This document shows positions 35,800 through 45,579 of a DNA stretch of 64,000 nucleotides, one piece after another; positions within the stretch are counted from its first letter, which is position 1; each line of letters starts with the position of its first letter. Source of the stretch: an uncultured Verrucomicrobiae bacterium (GTDB taxonomy: Bacteria; Verrucomicrobiota; Verrucomicrobiia; Limisphaerales; UBA11358); the NCBI GenBank assembly GCA_963804345.1, contig CAWDPX010000004.1, positions 320,181-384,180 on the forward strand, given 5' to 3'. Below the pieces are notes generated by a model. It saw only the letters and a program-made list of their open reading frames with translations. It had not been told where the DNA came from and searched no databases. Both the position numbers and the translations under genes were made by a program.

Positions 35800-36540
35800 A
35801 TGCGCGCCCAAGGTTTCATCGCGTTCGGTTTGATCGTTGCGGTTTGGGTCGCGCGGGCGAATGAAAAGCTGCCGGTGCTCAATGCCGGCAGCGAAGTTTA
35901 CAGCAACGTGACAGTTACCACGGTCACGACCACGGACATCTACTTCACCTACGCCGGGGGAATGGCCAATGTGAAACTGAGCAAGCTCGATCCCGCGCTG
36001 CAAAAGCATTTTGGTTACAACCCGGTGAAGGCAGGCGAGGTGGCACAAAAACAGGCCGCAGCCAACGCCCAATACCACATTCAAGTCATCAACCAGCCGG
36101 CGCCGCGGCCTCCGATTGATGAAAGCGCAGCGCAGCCGCCTTCAGCAGGACCGGCTTCAGACTCGTCATTGGGCGCCTCCTTGTCAGCGGCCCTGAGCCG
36201 GGCGCGGTCGGAAAACAAGATGGTACTGCTCGACTTCACCGGTTCGGATTGGTGTGGCTGGTGCATTAAATTCGACAAAGACGTGCTGTCCACGGACAAA
36301 TTCGCCGGCTACGCCAAAAGCAGGCTCGTGCTGGTGACGCTGGATTTTCCCAGCCACAAAAAGCAGGACGCCGCGCTTAAACAGGCCAATCAGGAGCTTG
36401 GGAAGCGATTCGGCGTGAACGGTTTTCCCACCTTTGTGCTGTTGAATTCCGCCGGCAAGGAACTTGGACGCCAGGTCGGTTATTTAAAAGGCGGCCCGGA
36501 TGCCTTCATCGCCGAACTGGATGGGTTCAGCAAACGTTGA
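35800..36540 (+). CDS. secreted thioredoxin-fold protein
   Basis: Signal-like N-terminus. VLLDFTGSDWCGWCIKFDKDV...FGVNGFPTFVLL. Confidence 0.8.
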   Translation: MRAQGFIAFGLIVAVWVARANEKLPVLNAGSEVYSNVTVTTVTTTDIYFTYAGGMANVKLSKLDPALQKHFGYNPVKAGEVAQKQAAANAQYHIQVINQPAPRPPIDESAAQPPSAGPASDSSLGASLSAALSRARSENKMVLLDFTGSDWCGWCIKFDKDVLSTDKFAGYAKSRLVLVTLDFPSHKKQDAALKQANQELGKRFGVNGFPTFVLLNSAGKELGRQVGYLKGGPDAFIAELDGFSKR

Positions 36541-36571
36541 TTGGGTGGCGCGCCTGCATGCGGTTGTTGAA

Positions 36572-37162
36572 TCAGCCTTCCGGGTTGTCGAGCAATTCTT
36601 GCAAACGAGTGCGCAACGCCTCCGGCACCCGCTCTCGCCAGCTTTCGTCCACCAATCCCACTTCCATCAGGTCGCGCAGATGCACGCGGTCCTTGTCGCG
36701 GAATGCAGTGAGTTTCATCCGCACCAGGGCGTCAAGTGAAAGCAGGCGGAAGGTTTCCGTTTCCTCCGATTCGAAAACGTCAGGCGCGGTCGCGGCGTAA
36801 TCAGGCCGCACCTTTTCCGCGGCAAAAACAATATGAACCGCATCGCGTGCCTTTGCATCCGGCCCGTCGAGAAACATGTCCAGGTCCGCTGCGTGACGAT
36901 AAACAAATCCGGCTTCTTCCAGCGCCTTGCGCGCCGCAGGCAGGTCTGCCCGGCGCAATACAATGTCCACGTCCTGCGTGTTTCGCACCGCGGCTTCATC
37001 CACGCGTGAAACCCAGGCGGCCACGGCGTTTCCACCGGCCACGGCGTAGGGAACTTTCGCCTGCTTCAAAGCGCTTGCCGCACGCAACAAACGCCGACGC
37101 ACATTTTCAACCGCGTTATTCATACGTTCCCAGGAAACTTCGTTGTATGTGGCAATGGCCAT
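36572..37162 (-). CDS. nucleotidyltransferase-fold protein (minimal NTase-like)
   Basis: PYAVAGGNAVAAWV...TQDVDIVL; C-terminal LVRMKLTAFRDKDRVHLRDL. Same layout as 45543-46073. Confidence 0.55.
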   Translation of the reverse strand: MAIATYNEVSWERMNNAVENVRRRLLRAASALKQAKVPYAVAGGNAVAAWVSRVDEAAVRNTQDVDIVLRRADLPAARKALEEAGFVYRHAADLDMFLDGPDAKARDAVHIVFAAEKVRPDYAATAPDVFESEETETFRLLSLDALVRMKLTAFRDKDRVHLRDLMEVGLVDESWRERVPEALRTRLQELLDNPEG

Positions 37163-37173
37163 CTGACGTCCAG

Positions 37174-38550
37174 TTAATTCCCCAGATACTCGCGCGGGTC
37201 AACAATCTTTCCGGCAATCGCGCTCGCGGCCACGGTGGCCGGCGAGGCGAGAAACACCTCTGATTCCTTGTTGCCCATGCGACCGGGAAAATTGCGGTTG
37301 GTCGCGCTGATGCACTTGATGCCGGCCTTGTTGATGCGGCCAAAGGTGTCCACCGGCCCGCCCAGGCACGCGGCGCAGCCGGCGTTCTCCGTCATCTGCA
37401 CGCCCGCGCTCACAAGAATCTCCCAGATCGTCTGGTTGCCCCAGTAGGTTGTCTGCAAATCGCCGACGATCTCCGGTGTCGCCGGCACGCCGAACGTGTC
37501 AATTTTGACGTGCTTCCCGCGCAACACGCGCGCGAACTCCACAAAATCGCTCGTCTTGCCGCCCGTGCAGGAGCCGACATAGGCGCGGTCGAGCTTGATG
37601 TGGCCGAGTTCCTTGGCCTTCTTGCGCTGGCCGGGATTGGGATGGCACGCCACCGTCGGTTCGAGTTGATCCAGGTTCACGACGATCTCATAGACGAACT
37701 TTTGTTTTTTGTCCGGCGCGACGGGTTCGTAGGTGGATTTGGTGCCGTTCAATTTCACGCGCGCATCCACGTATTCCGCCGTGCGCGAATCGAATTCAAA
37801 AATGGCATTCTTGCCGCCCGCTTCGATGGCCATGTTGGCAATCGTCATGCGGTCGTCCATGGAAAGCGACGCCGCGCCGGGACCGTCGAACTGCATCGCG
37901 CGATACGTCGCGCCGTCGAAACCGATTTCGCCGATGCAATGGAGGATCACGTCCTTCGCCATCACGCCCGGCTGCAATTTGCCTTCGAGCAGGAAGTGCA
38001 TGGTTTCGGGGACCTTGATGAGCAGCTTGCCGGTGCCCAGGACGAAGCCGGCGTCCGTGTTGCCGATGCCGGTGGCGAACAGGTTGAACGCGCCGGCCAT
38101 GCATGTGTGCGAGTCGGTGCCAAACAACACTTCACCCGGGCGCGTGTGGCCCTTGGCCGGGAGCGCCGTGTGGCAGACGCCGGCGTAATGCGAGCCGAAC
38201 TGCCGTTTCAAATTGCCCTTGGCGGCGTCGAATTTCCATGAGCCGTTCGGGTCGTCAATCACGTCGTAAAAATACGTGATGCCCTGTTCGCGGACGAAAT
38301 CGCGCAGGATGTCCACGTTGCGATTCGAGAGCGAGTCGGCGGTGAAAATGTAATGGTCGGGGATGATGACGATTTTGTTTTTGTCCCAGACCTTTGCGGT
38401 CTTGCCGAACTCGCGTTTAAAGATGCCGATGGTGCCCGGTCCGCAGATGTCATGCGTCATAAGCACATCGGCGCTCACCCAGATGTTATCACCGGCCCGC
38501 ACCCGCGCCTTGCCGGACGCGCGCGCGAGCAATTTTTCCGTCAATGTCAT
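37174..38550 (-). CDS. aconitase-family dehydratase large subunit (LeuC/HacA-like)
   Basis: MTLTEKLL...LMTHDICGP, GTDSHTCMAGAFN, VGSCTGGK, CAACLG, ATNRNFPGRMG. The ORF is open to 38637. Confidence 0.85.
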   Translation of the reverse strand: MTLTEKLLARASGKARVRAGDNIWVSADVLMTHDICGPGTIGIFKREFGKTAKVWDKNKIVIIPDHYIFTADSLSNRNVDILRDFVREQGITYFYDVIDDPNGSWKFDAAKGNLKRQFGSHYAGVCHTALPAKGHTRPGEVLFGTDSHTCMAGAFNLFATGIGNTDAGFVLGTGKLLIKVPETMHFLLEGKLQPGVMAKDVILHCIGEIGFDGATYRAMQFDGPGAASLSMDDRMTIANMAIEAGGKNAIFEFDSRTAEYVDARVKLNGTKSTYEPVAPDKKQKFVYEIVVNLDQLEPTVACHPNPGQRKKAKELGHIKLDRAYVGSCTGGKTSDFVEFARVLRGKHVKIDTFGVPATPEIVGDLQTTYWGNQTIWEILVSAGVQMTENAGCAACLGGPVDTFGRINKAGIKCISATNRNFPGRMGNKESEVFLASPATVAASAIAGKIVDPREYLGN

Positions 38551-38821
38551 AGGCTGGACAAAATAGCCGATGAACAGCTCAACTTCAACTGAACAAACAA
38601 GATGGCAATCGGCTGCGTACAATTTATTCCACTTCATCCGAAATCCGCCCGCGTCAGGGGGTTTTTTGCGGTTGCCGGATGCCCTGAAACAGGGAAACGC
38701 GCGGTGTCAACTTTCAGGCCATTGCTGGCATCATTCATGCTAATCCGCGACTGGCGATTATTTGCACCGTGCCGTGATGTTTTCGGCGTTGAACGTGTTG
38801 GCACATGTTAACCAGGTTCCT

Positions 38822-39253
38822 ATGCGAAAAAAAATATTGGTGGTGGAGGATGAACCAGATCAGCTTGAAGTGATACGTTTCACTTTGAAAAATGCAGGGT
38901 TTGCCGTTGGCACGGCCACCAACGGCATTGAAGCGCTCAAAAAAGCCCAGACCGTGTCACCCGATTTGATTATCATGGATGTGATGATGCCCGAATTGGA
39001 CGGGTTCGCCGTTTGCGAAACGTTGCGGGGGAATCCCGCCACCGCCTCCATCCCGGTTCTCCTGTTGACAGGGTTATGCAGCCATATCAGCCGACTGGTC
39101 GGGTATGAGTCTGGTGCCACCGATTATGTCGTAAAACCGTTCGATGCGGATGAACTTGTCTCAAAAGTGGAAAAGTTGCTGTCTCAGGCGGCGGAAGCCT
39201 CAAAAACCCCGGGCAAATCCAGATCAAAACCTGTTGCGGTATCGTCCAAATAA
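38822..39253 (+). CDS. single-domain response regulator (receiver)
   Basis: KILVVEDEPD...DLIIMDVMMPELDGF...VVKPF. Confidence 0.85.
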   Translation: MRKKILVVEDEPDQLEVIRFTLKNAGFAVGTATNGIEALKKAQTVSPDLIIMDVMMPELDGFAVCETLRGNPATASIPVLLLTGLCSHISRLVGYESGATDYVVKPFDADELVSKVEKLLSQAAEASKTPGKSRSKPVAVSSK

Positions 39254-39534
39254 AAGCCCTGCCGCCATTTCTTGGGGCACCAAACTAAATATCCGCTGTC
39301 CCGGTCGGAAAGTAGATTTCTACAACCGACCCAAGGCTAATTCTCTCTAGGGCGTTTTCAAAAAATGTGCCGACGACGTCAGTCGGCGCAAATCGAATTA
39401 CGGAAAATGATATGGCGCGAACTGACGTTCGCGGCTACAGAATTATTTGAATTGCTCTAGCACCCGGCCAAATCAATGCCGGTGGTCGGCGGGCATCGCG
39501 AGTGGTCGGTACCGCTGCCAACGGCGACAGGTTT

Positions 39535-40338
39535 TTACTTCACCTTGACCCGGAATTCACTCGCCGCGCGAATCTTCTCAAATTCTCCGTCGTAAAATTC
39601 TTTGCGGTATTCGTCGGTTTCCAGCAGGTGCTGGGTAAGGTCCTTTTTGTCGCGCTTGATGATGAACTTGAGTTCGTCGAGGTCGTCCGACCAGCGGAAG
39701 CCGTTGAAAAATTCCGCGCCGGCAAACTGCGTTTTATACAGCGCGGTTTGCGAATAGCACGTACCGAGATAGAAGTGCTTGAAACCGCGCTCGGCGAACA
39801 GCGCCGCCGCCGAGGTCATCATGAACATGCCAAGATTGCGCGCATAATAATTCAAATCGTAGAACGCGTAGTAGTAATACGCGAGGTCCCGGCCCTCGAT
39901 GTACAGCGTCGCCACGCCGGTTTCCGCGCCGGTCTTCGCGTCGGTGAACACGAGCAGATGCGAGATGATGGGCGAACCAAACAGCGCGTCGAGCCGCTCG
40001 AACGTCATCACGTCCTTGCCGAATTTGATGTCGGCGTAGGTCTTGAAAAAATCCCGGCGTTCCGGCGTGTAATTATATTTGTCGCGCGGCACGAGCTTCA
40101 CCTCGATGCCCGCGCCCTTGCGCAGAATGCGGCGGTTTTCAGATGACGGCTTGAATTTGGCGAGGTTCACGCGCACCTGGCGGCAGAGGTAAAAACGGTC
40201 GAGGTTGCGCGACGACGGCAGGAAACCGGCATTGAAAATGTCCGACGGCGTTTCGCCCGGCTCCGGCAAAGCCCAGATGGCGTAGGGAAACTGGTAGTGT
40301 TCGTAGTCCGAGTTTTGTTCGGAGAAGAGAAGTTTCAT
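39535..40338 (-). CDS. arginyl-tRNA-protein transferase (ATE/Bpt) family-like protein, divergent
   Basis: AYYYYAFYD...NLGMFMM...HFYLGTCYSQTALYKTQFAGAEFFNGFRW parallels Bpt SAFYTFFEPD..SLGT..LYLGY....YK..F. The N-terminal Cys cluster is absent. Confidence 0.6.
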   Translation of the reverse strand: MKLLFSEQNSDYEHYQFPYAIWALPEPGETPSDIFNAGFLPSSRNLDRFYLCRQVRVNLAKFKPSSENRRILRKGAGIEVKLVPRDKYNYTPERRDFFKTYADIKFGKDVMTFERLDALFGSPIISHLLVFTDAKTGAETGVATLYIEGRDLAYYYYAFYDLNYYARNLGMFMMTSAAALFAERGFKHFYLGTCYSQTALYKTQFAGAEFFNGFRWSDDLDELKFIIKRDKKDLTQHLLETDEYRKEFYDGEFEKIRAASEFRVKVK

Positions 40339-41486
40339 TGTTTGTTTTTACCGTTCACTGATTTTCGCCGCAGCCGCAACCGCCAGCTGGTGAGCACTTC
40401 GTAGCTCACCGAGTTTTTCAGCTTCGCCAGGTCATGCACGGTGATTTCCTCGCTGCCCTGGCGGCCCATGATGACGGCTTCGTCCCACATCTGAGCCTCG
40501 GGGATGTCCGTGATGTCCACCATCAGCGCGTCCATGGCAATGCCGCCGACGAGCGGGGCGCGTTGGCCGTGGATGAGCGCGCCGCCCTGGTTGCGCACAC
40601 GCGGAAAACCGTCGCCGTAACCGATGGGCAGCACGGCGATGCGCCGTTCGCCCGGCGCGGTGTAACGCATGCCGTAACCGACCACTTCGCCGGGTTTCAA
40701 TTTTTGGATGGCCGCGATGCGTGCTTTCACGGACATAACCGGTTCAATGCCGGGAATCCGCCGGCAGACCGACGATGGGAAAACGCCATACATCAAAATT
40801 CCGACGCGGACCATGTCGAGATGCGCGTGCGGCAGATCGAGAAACCCGCCGCTGTTGCAGGTGTGGCGTAGTTTCACGGCGATGCCCCGCGCGGCCATGC
40901 CTTGGAGGACTTCGTTGAAACGGGAGAACTGGAGGTTGGCAAACGTCTTGTCCGTTTCGTCGGATTGCGCGAAGTGGGTCATCACGCCTTCGAGCGACAG
41001 CGATTTCTCGGCGCCAATCTGTTCGATGAGCGGCAGGGCCTCGTCCCAGCGCACGCCGAAGCGGCTCATGCCCGTGTGAATTTTCACATGCACGGGCACG
41101 CGCTTGTTGCTGGCGGCGGCGGCGCGGGCGAGTTTGCGGACGGTATGAGGTTCATTGACGCAGATGCTTAGATTGTGTTCCACGCACCACGGCAGTTCGG
41201 CTTCCTGCCGTTCACCGAGCAACAGCAGCGGCGCGGTGATGCCCGCGTCGCGGAGCGCCACCGCCTCTTCCAGCGTGCTAAGGCCGAACCCCCAGGCGCC
41301 TTCTTCGAGCGCGATGCGCGCCACGTCGAGCGCGCCGTGCCCATAGGCCTCGTCCTTGGTGACGGCCAGCAACCGCACGTTTTGCGGCAGGTCGCGGCGG
41401 ATGAGTTGCAGGTTGCGGCGCAGCCGGGCGAGGTCAATTTCTACCCACGCCGGACGAAGCGGAAAACTTGTTGAATCAAAATCCAT
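40335..41486 (-). CDS. alr: alanine racemase
   Basis: LLAVTKDEAYGHGA (PLP Lys), HVKIHTGMSRFG, VGYGMRY, IGYGDG. Confidence 0.92.
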   Translation of the reverse strand: MDFDSTSFPLRPAWVEIDLARLRRNLQLIRRDLPQNVRLLAVTKDEAYGHGALDVARIALEEGAWGFGLSTLEEAVALRDAGITAPLLLLGERQEAELPWCVEHNLSICVNEPHTVRKLARAAAASNKRVPVHVKIHTGMSRFGVRWDEALPLIEQIGAEKSLSLEGVMTHFAQSDETDKTFANLQFSRFNEVLQGMAARGIAVKLRHTCNSGGFLDLPHAHLDMVRVGILMYGVFPSSVCRRIPGIEPVMSVKARIAAIQKLKPGEVVGYGMRYTAPGERRIAVLPIGYGDGFPRVRNQGGALIHGQRAPLVGGIAMDALMVDITDIPEAQMWDEAVIMGRQGSEEITVHDLAKLKNSVSYEVLTSWRLRLRRKSVNGKNKQ

Positions 41487-41730
41487 TAAATTGCCGGAAA
41501 CTGTTTAACCACGAATCGTGCCAAATAACACGAAAAATATGGGATCGGGCGCAGCCCGGCAGCGGCATTTCAAAGCCGTGCGGTATTTGCGCGCCCGGAG
41601 TGCGATAAATCCATTGCGGCCAGGACCAATATTCCCACATCTCCCAGAATTGATCCCGCCGGGGTCCGGGTCAAGGCACTCCCGCGCACGCAACCTTGAC
41701 CACGTGGTCGGGCGGACTATCCTTCCGCCC

Positions 41731-43410
41731 ATGAAAACGGCGGCAATCAGATCGGCGGGGCTGGTCGCGGTATCTGTGCTGCTGGTTGGCCTGGTGTTTG
41801 CGGTCTTCACTCAACACGCATGGGAGGATTATTGGATCACTTTTCGCGTCAGTCGAAACCTGGCGACCGGCCATGGCCTTGTTTTTACTCCCGGCGAACG
41901 GCTGCACTCGTTCACCTCGCCGCTGGGGGTTCTCCTGCCGGCGGCGTTTTGCTGGCTGACGGGCGATCAATCGGACAATCTGGTTCTGTGGCTGTTTCGG
42001 CTGGTGAGCCTCGGGGCGCTGGCGGCCGGGGCGGTCCTGCTTTTCCGGGTTCTTCAGACTTTGCAACTGCGCCGGGTTTCCTGCTGGCTGACGGTGGCGC
42101 TGATTGGTCTGGATGCCAAGATCGTGGATTTCAGCATCAACGGCATGGAAACCGGTCTGTTGATCTTTTTTCTGGCGCTGGCGATTCACGGTTTGATGGT
42201 GCCCGGGCCGCGTCAGATGCTTCGTGTCGGCGTAGGTTGGGCGGGTTTGATGTGGACGCGTCCGGACAGTTGCGTCTATATCGCCATACTGGGCGCGGGA
42301 ACGCTGCTGTTCCTTTCCGGCAAGACGGCCGGCCGTTCCGGGAAGGGATGGGGAAAACTTCTTTTCCGCGCCGGATTGGTGTGCGCTGTTTTGTATCTAC
42401 CGTGGTTTTTATGGGCCTGGTCGTATTATGGCTCGCCCATTCCGCACACCATCATTGCCAAGGGGACAAACCAGCCGCCGATAGCCGCTGTGCCCCTTTT
42501 GACCGACTTGTTGCTGTTCCCCCTTAGGATACTGACAGCAACTGATTCAAGCATTCAGTTTACATTTTTACCCGGCTATGCAGATCATGGCGGCTGGTCT
42601 GATGCTTTTGTGCGTGTTGCCTATGAGTTGGGAGTGGTGGCCGCCCTTGCCTGGCTGATTCCGGTGTTGCGCCAACCAACCCGGTTCTTCTCGCTGGCAT
42701 ATTTGCTTGGAAATTTTTACCTGACGGACGTTTTGAGATACTTTCCCCCCTGGTATTTGCCGACCGTGGCAGTGCTTGGCTACCTGACCATCGGTTTGTT
42801 GTTCGACCAGGCGCTTTGTCTGGCAATGAAGTTCCCGCAACTCGGCTGGAACCGCGGCTGGTTTGCGCAGCTCCCGAAAATTTTGCGCTTCTCCGCCGTC
42901 GGCCTCGTGGCCGGCCAGGTGTTGGTCACGGTCTGTGTTGCCCGGCAACTGCAGGTTCAGCAGGCCCTCATCGAAAACGGCCTGCGCCGACAGATCGGTT
43001 TTTGGCTGCGCGACCACGCGCAAACTCCCCACGACACCGTGCTGCTCGAACCGCTCGGTTACATCGGCTATTATTCCGGGCTAAAGATGCTGGATTTTCC
43101 CGGCCTGGCTTCCAGGGAAATGGTCGAAGCCCGGAAACGGTTGGGGCCGGGCAAACAAAACCAGGTCTATCTTGAACTGAAACCCGACTGGGTGGTCTTG
43201 CGCCCGTGGGAGGCTGAATGCGGAATTTATGTGGATACAAATGGCCTGCAGAATGATTACGAACAGGTTCGCGTGTTTGACGCGGCAGACAAAATCCAGG
43301 CGATTAGCTGGCTGCCCGGAAGGCCTTACCTCCAATTCGACCAGACTTTTTTGGTTTTCCATCGCAAACCGGACACAACCGTCAAGCCTCCGGCTTCCGG
43401 AACCGGTTAA
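41731..43410 (+). CDS. polytopic membrane protein, GT-C-type glycosyltransferase-like (tentative)
   Basis: More than 10 predicted TM segments. N-terminal [34 protein letters not shown] resembles arabinofuranosyl/mannosyl GT-C enzymes. Confidence 0.6.
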   Translation: MKTAAIRSAGLVAVSVLLVGLVFAVFTQHAWEDYWITFRVSRNLATGHGLVFTPGERLHSFTSPLGVLLPAAFCWLTGDQSDNLVLWLFRLVSLGALAAGAVLLFRVLQTLQLRRVSCWLTVALIGLDAKIVDFSINGMETGLLIFFLALAIHGLMVPGPRQMLRVGVGWAGLMWTRPDSCVYIAILGAGTLLFLSGKTAGRSGKGWGKLLFRAGLVCAVLYLPWFLWAWSYYGSPIPHTIIAKGTNQPPIAAVPLLTDLLLFPLRILTATDSSIQFTFLPGYADHGGWSDAFVRVAYELGVVAALAWLIPVLRQPTRFFSLAYLLGNFYLTDVLRYFPPWYLPTVAVLGYLTIGLLFDQALCLAMKFPQLGWNRGWFAQLPKILRFSAVGLVAGQVLVTVCVARQLQVQQALIENGLRRQIGFWLRDHAQTPHDTVLLEPLGYIGYYSGLKMLDFPGLASREMVEARKRLGPGKQNQVYLELKPDWVVLRPWEAECGIYVDTNGLQNDYEQVRVFDAADKIQAISWLPGRPYLQFDQTFLVFHRKPDTTVKPPASGTG

Positions 43411-43460
43411 TGAGAATTGCCGTTGAAGGCCCCGGTTCACCATTCCGGCGGGAGAAGGTT

Positions 43461-43643
43461 GCGCTGGTGCTGGAAGACAACCCGTCCGCGCCGAGCGGCT
43501 TCGCCTACCCCGCCGTAATCCAGACGGGCAACGGCCTGGTTCACATCACCTACACCTGGAAACGCAAACGCATCAAGCATGTTGTCATTGATCCGGCAAA
43601 ATTGGAATTGCGTCCCTTGCCGCACGGCGAATGGCCGAAATAA
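43461..43643 (+). pseudogene. 3' fragment of a BNR/sialidase-like gene (left copy)
   Basis: [60 protein letters not shown]. No upstream part; starts at the stop of the preceding gene. Confidence 0.55.
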
Positions 43644-43826
43644 TTTTTTGTGCTTGCAGAACGCAGCGGGAAAATCTTTTTACCACGGATGGACACAGAT
43701 GAATACGGATAGGAAAAAGGGATTCAGCAATGCAAACGAGTTTGCCAATGAGTGAGGCCGTCCGGATTTGCTGAATAGACTATCGGTTTTGTTTTAATCC
43801 GTGTTTATCCGTGTCCATCCGTGGTT
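43461..43826 (+). repeat. left arm of a ~360-bp inverted repeat (gene fragment plus long hairpin element)
   Basis: Aligns by eye, at roughly 90% identity, with the reverse complement of 55613-55972. Confidence 0.8.
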
Positions 43827-43860
43827 TCATATGAATTGATACGGCTTGCCCTCGCGCGGA

Positions 43861-44082
43861 TTATTTCTTTTTCCCGGTTTCCGGGCGATATTCCAAAATC
43901 TCGCCGGGCTGGCATTCGAGCTGCGCGCAAATGGCTTCCAGCGTGGAGAAGCGAATGGCCTTGGCCTTGCCCGTTTTGAGGATGGAAAGGTTTTGCGGCG
44001 TGATATCCACGGCGGCGGCCAGATCGTTCAGCCGCATTTTCCGCTGGGCGAGAACCACATCCAAATTGACGATGATGGGCAT
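43861..44082 (-). CDS. XRE-family HTH regulator (YozG-like)
   Basis: IIVNLDVVLAQRKMRLNDLAAAVDITPQNLSILKTGKAKAIRFSTLEAICAQLECQPGEIL. Confidence 0.85.
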   Translation of the reverse strand: MPIIVNLDVVLAQRKMRLNDLAAAVDITPQNLSILKTGKAKAIRFSTLEAICAQLECQPGEILEYRPETGKKK

Positions 44083-44086
44083 AAGC

Positions 44087-44665
44087 TTAAACGGTCAGTT
44101 CCTGTTCCTCCTGAATCTTCCGGCCCTCGTCCATGATCCAGGCGATCAGCACGATGACAATTCCGGCAAAAAGCAGTCCAAAATTTATGCCGGTGCCGAA
44201 ATCAAACGAGAAGAATCCCATCCGATAACTAGTAACCATGACCCCTTTAATAACCGTGGCTTCCGGCGGATGAGTTTGAATGATTTGGGAAGACGGCAAA
44301 GGATGGGGCAAAATCTGCAATAAGGTCATCAACGCCCATCCGACAGCACACAGAACACCAAGAATTTTAATGCAACGGATGGTTTGGGCTGAAAAAATCA
44401 AGCCTCGTTCGTACAAGTTGAACAACTGAAACAGTTTCCAGTACCAAACCCATAGAATAATTTGAGAAACTGTCGTGAGGACATCCAGCAACGAAAACCC
44501 TCCCCTTTTAAAAGAAGGCGACAGAACTTGGAAAATATAAGTTCGGATCGGGAAATACAACGTGAAGATTAAAAGGCCGAGCATCACGATTTTTGCAATC
44601 CGGCTGACAATTCTTATCCGATTCATCCGAAGATTGGTCTTCGGGGCAATTTCATTCGCCTTCAT
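44087..44665 (-). CDS. multi-TM membrane protein, DUF2975-like
   Basis: Four or more hydrophobic segments. C-terminus IAWIMDEGRKIQEEQELTV. Directly upstream of the YozG-like regulator. The ATG at 44665 is preferred. Confidence 0.6.
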   Translation of the reverse strand: MKANEIAPKTNLRMNRIRIVSRIAKIVMLGLLIFTLYFPIRTYIFQVLSPSFKRGGFSLLDVLTTVSQIILWVWYWKLFQLFNLYERGLIFSAQTIRCIKILGVLCAVGWALMTLLQILPHPLPSSQIIQTHPPEATVIKGVMVTSYRMGFFSFDFGTGINFGLLFAGIVIVLIAWIMDEGRKIQEEQELTV

Positions 44666-44685
44666 AGATTTGCAAAGTTGGTTTG

Positions 44686-45249
44686 TTAAACGGTCAATTC
44701 CTGTTCCTCCTGAATTTTCCTGCCCTCGTCCATGATCCAGGCAATGAAAAGAATCACAAAACCGGCAACCAGATTGTGAACCAGGTGAAAGAGAATCATT
44801 TGAAGATAAAGGACAATTTCGACAATCCATGGCGAAGAATTAACGTGCTGAAACCATCCATTATGCAGTTGATGATGCAATGCGTCGAAAACGTTTCCGA
44901 TTCCCATCAACAAGCTGACAATTCCAATGCATCGAATATAGCGGACGGTAGTGGGAGAGAATAAATCGCCACGGACATAACACGCGAACAGTTTGTATGC
45001 GAACCAGCATTCCACGGCGCGACCGAGGGATGAAAGATTCAAGTAAAACGACAGCGAAGGATGCAGTCCGGCCAGGGTAATGCCGTAGCCGAGTATGCCG
45101 ATAAAACCAAAAATCACCGCAGAGGCGAAAAAGACGATTCTTAAAAATGTGCTGATTTTTTGGATCCGATTCAACAGGGAGTTGACCTTCAGAGATATTT
45201 CATTCGTATTCACGGCGCAATGAATACACCCACCAATTCCGTTAGTCAA
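44686..45249 (-). CDS. multi-TM membrane protein, DUF2975-like paralogue
   Basis: Same C-terminal IAWIMDEGRKIQEEQELTV. The last ~60 nt are almost identical to 44087-44149. Confidence 0.6.
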   Translation of the reverse strand: MTNGIGGCIHCAVNTNEISLKVNSLLNRIQKISTFLRIVFFASAVIFGFIGILGYGITLAGLHPSLSFYLNLSSLGRAVECWFAYKLFACYVRGDLFSPTTVRYIRCIGIVSLLMGIGNVFDALHHQLHNGWFQHVNSSPWIVEIVLYLQMILFHLVHNLVAGFVILFIAWIMDEGRKIQEEQELTV

Positions 45250-45321
45250 GTATTATTTATCGATAAACGATAAGTTTATTACAATTAACAGCATTTTTAG
45301 CCCCGTTTCCGTCCCCTTGCT

Positions 45322-45579
45322 TTGTCCGGCATCGCAGCTTATGCTGAAAGCGCCGTGAAACAGCCGTTCATCAACGTCGAGGAAAAGATAGACCGCTTTG
45401 TCGGGCGTCGCACCCGGACGCCGGACGGGCTGAAGGCCGGAATGCGGATGCAGGCCTCGGGATTGGAATTTCACAAGGCTTTCAAGCATCGCTGGCTGGC
45501 GAAGGGCGTTCATCGTTTCAAAACCCACGAAGAGGCGGACCAATGGATGATCAAAATGCTGGTGCGAAGCGGGATGTGA
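45322..45579 (+). CDS. small hypothetical protein (start uncertain)
   Basis: 85-aa ORF with a non-ATG start. Ends ...KGVHRFKTHEEADQWMIKML. Overlaps the next gene by 37 nt. Confidence 0.3.
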   Translation: MSGIAAYAESAVKQPFINVEEKIDRFVGRRTRTPDGLKAGMRMQASGLEFHKAFKHRWLAKGVHRFKTHEEADQWMIKMLVRSGM

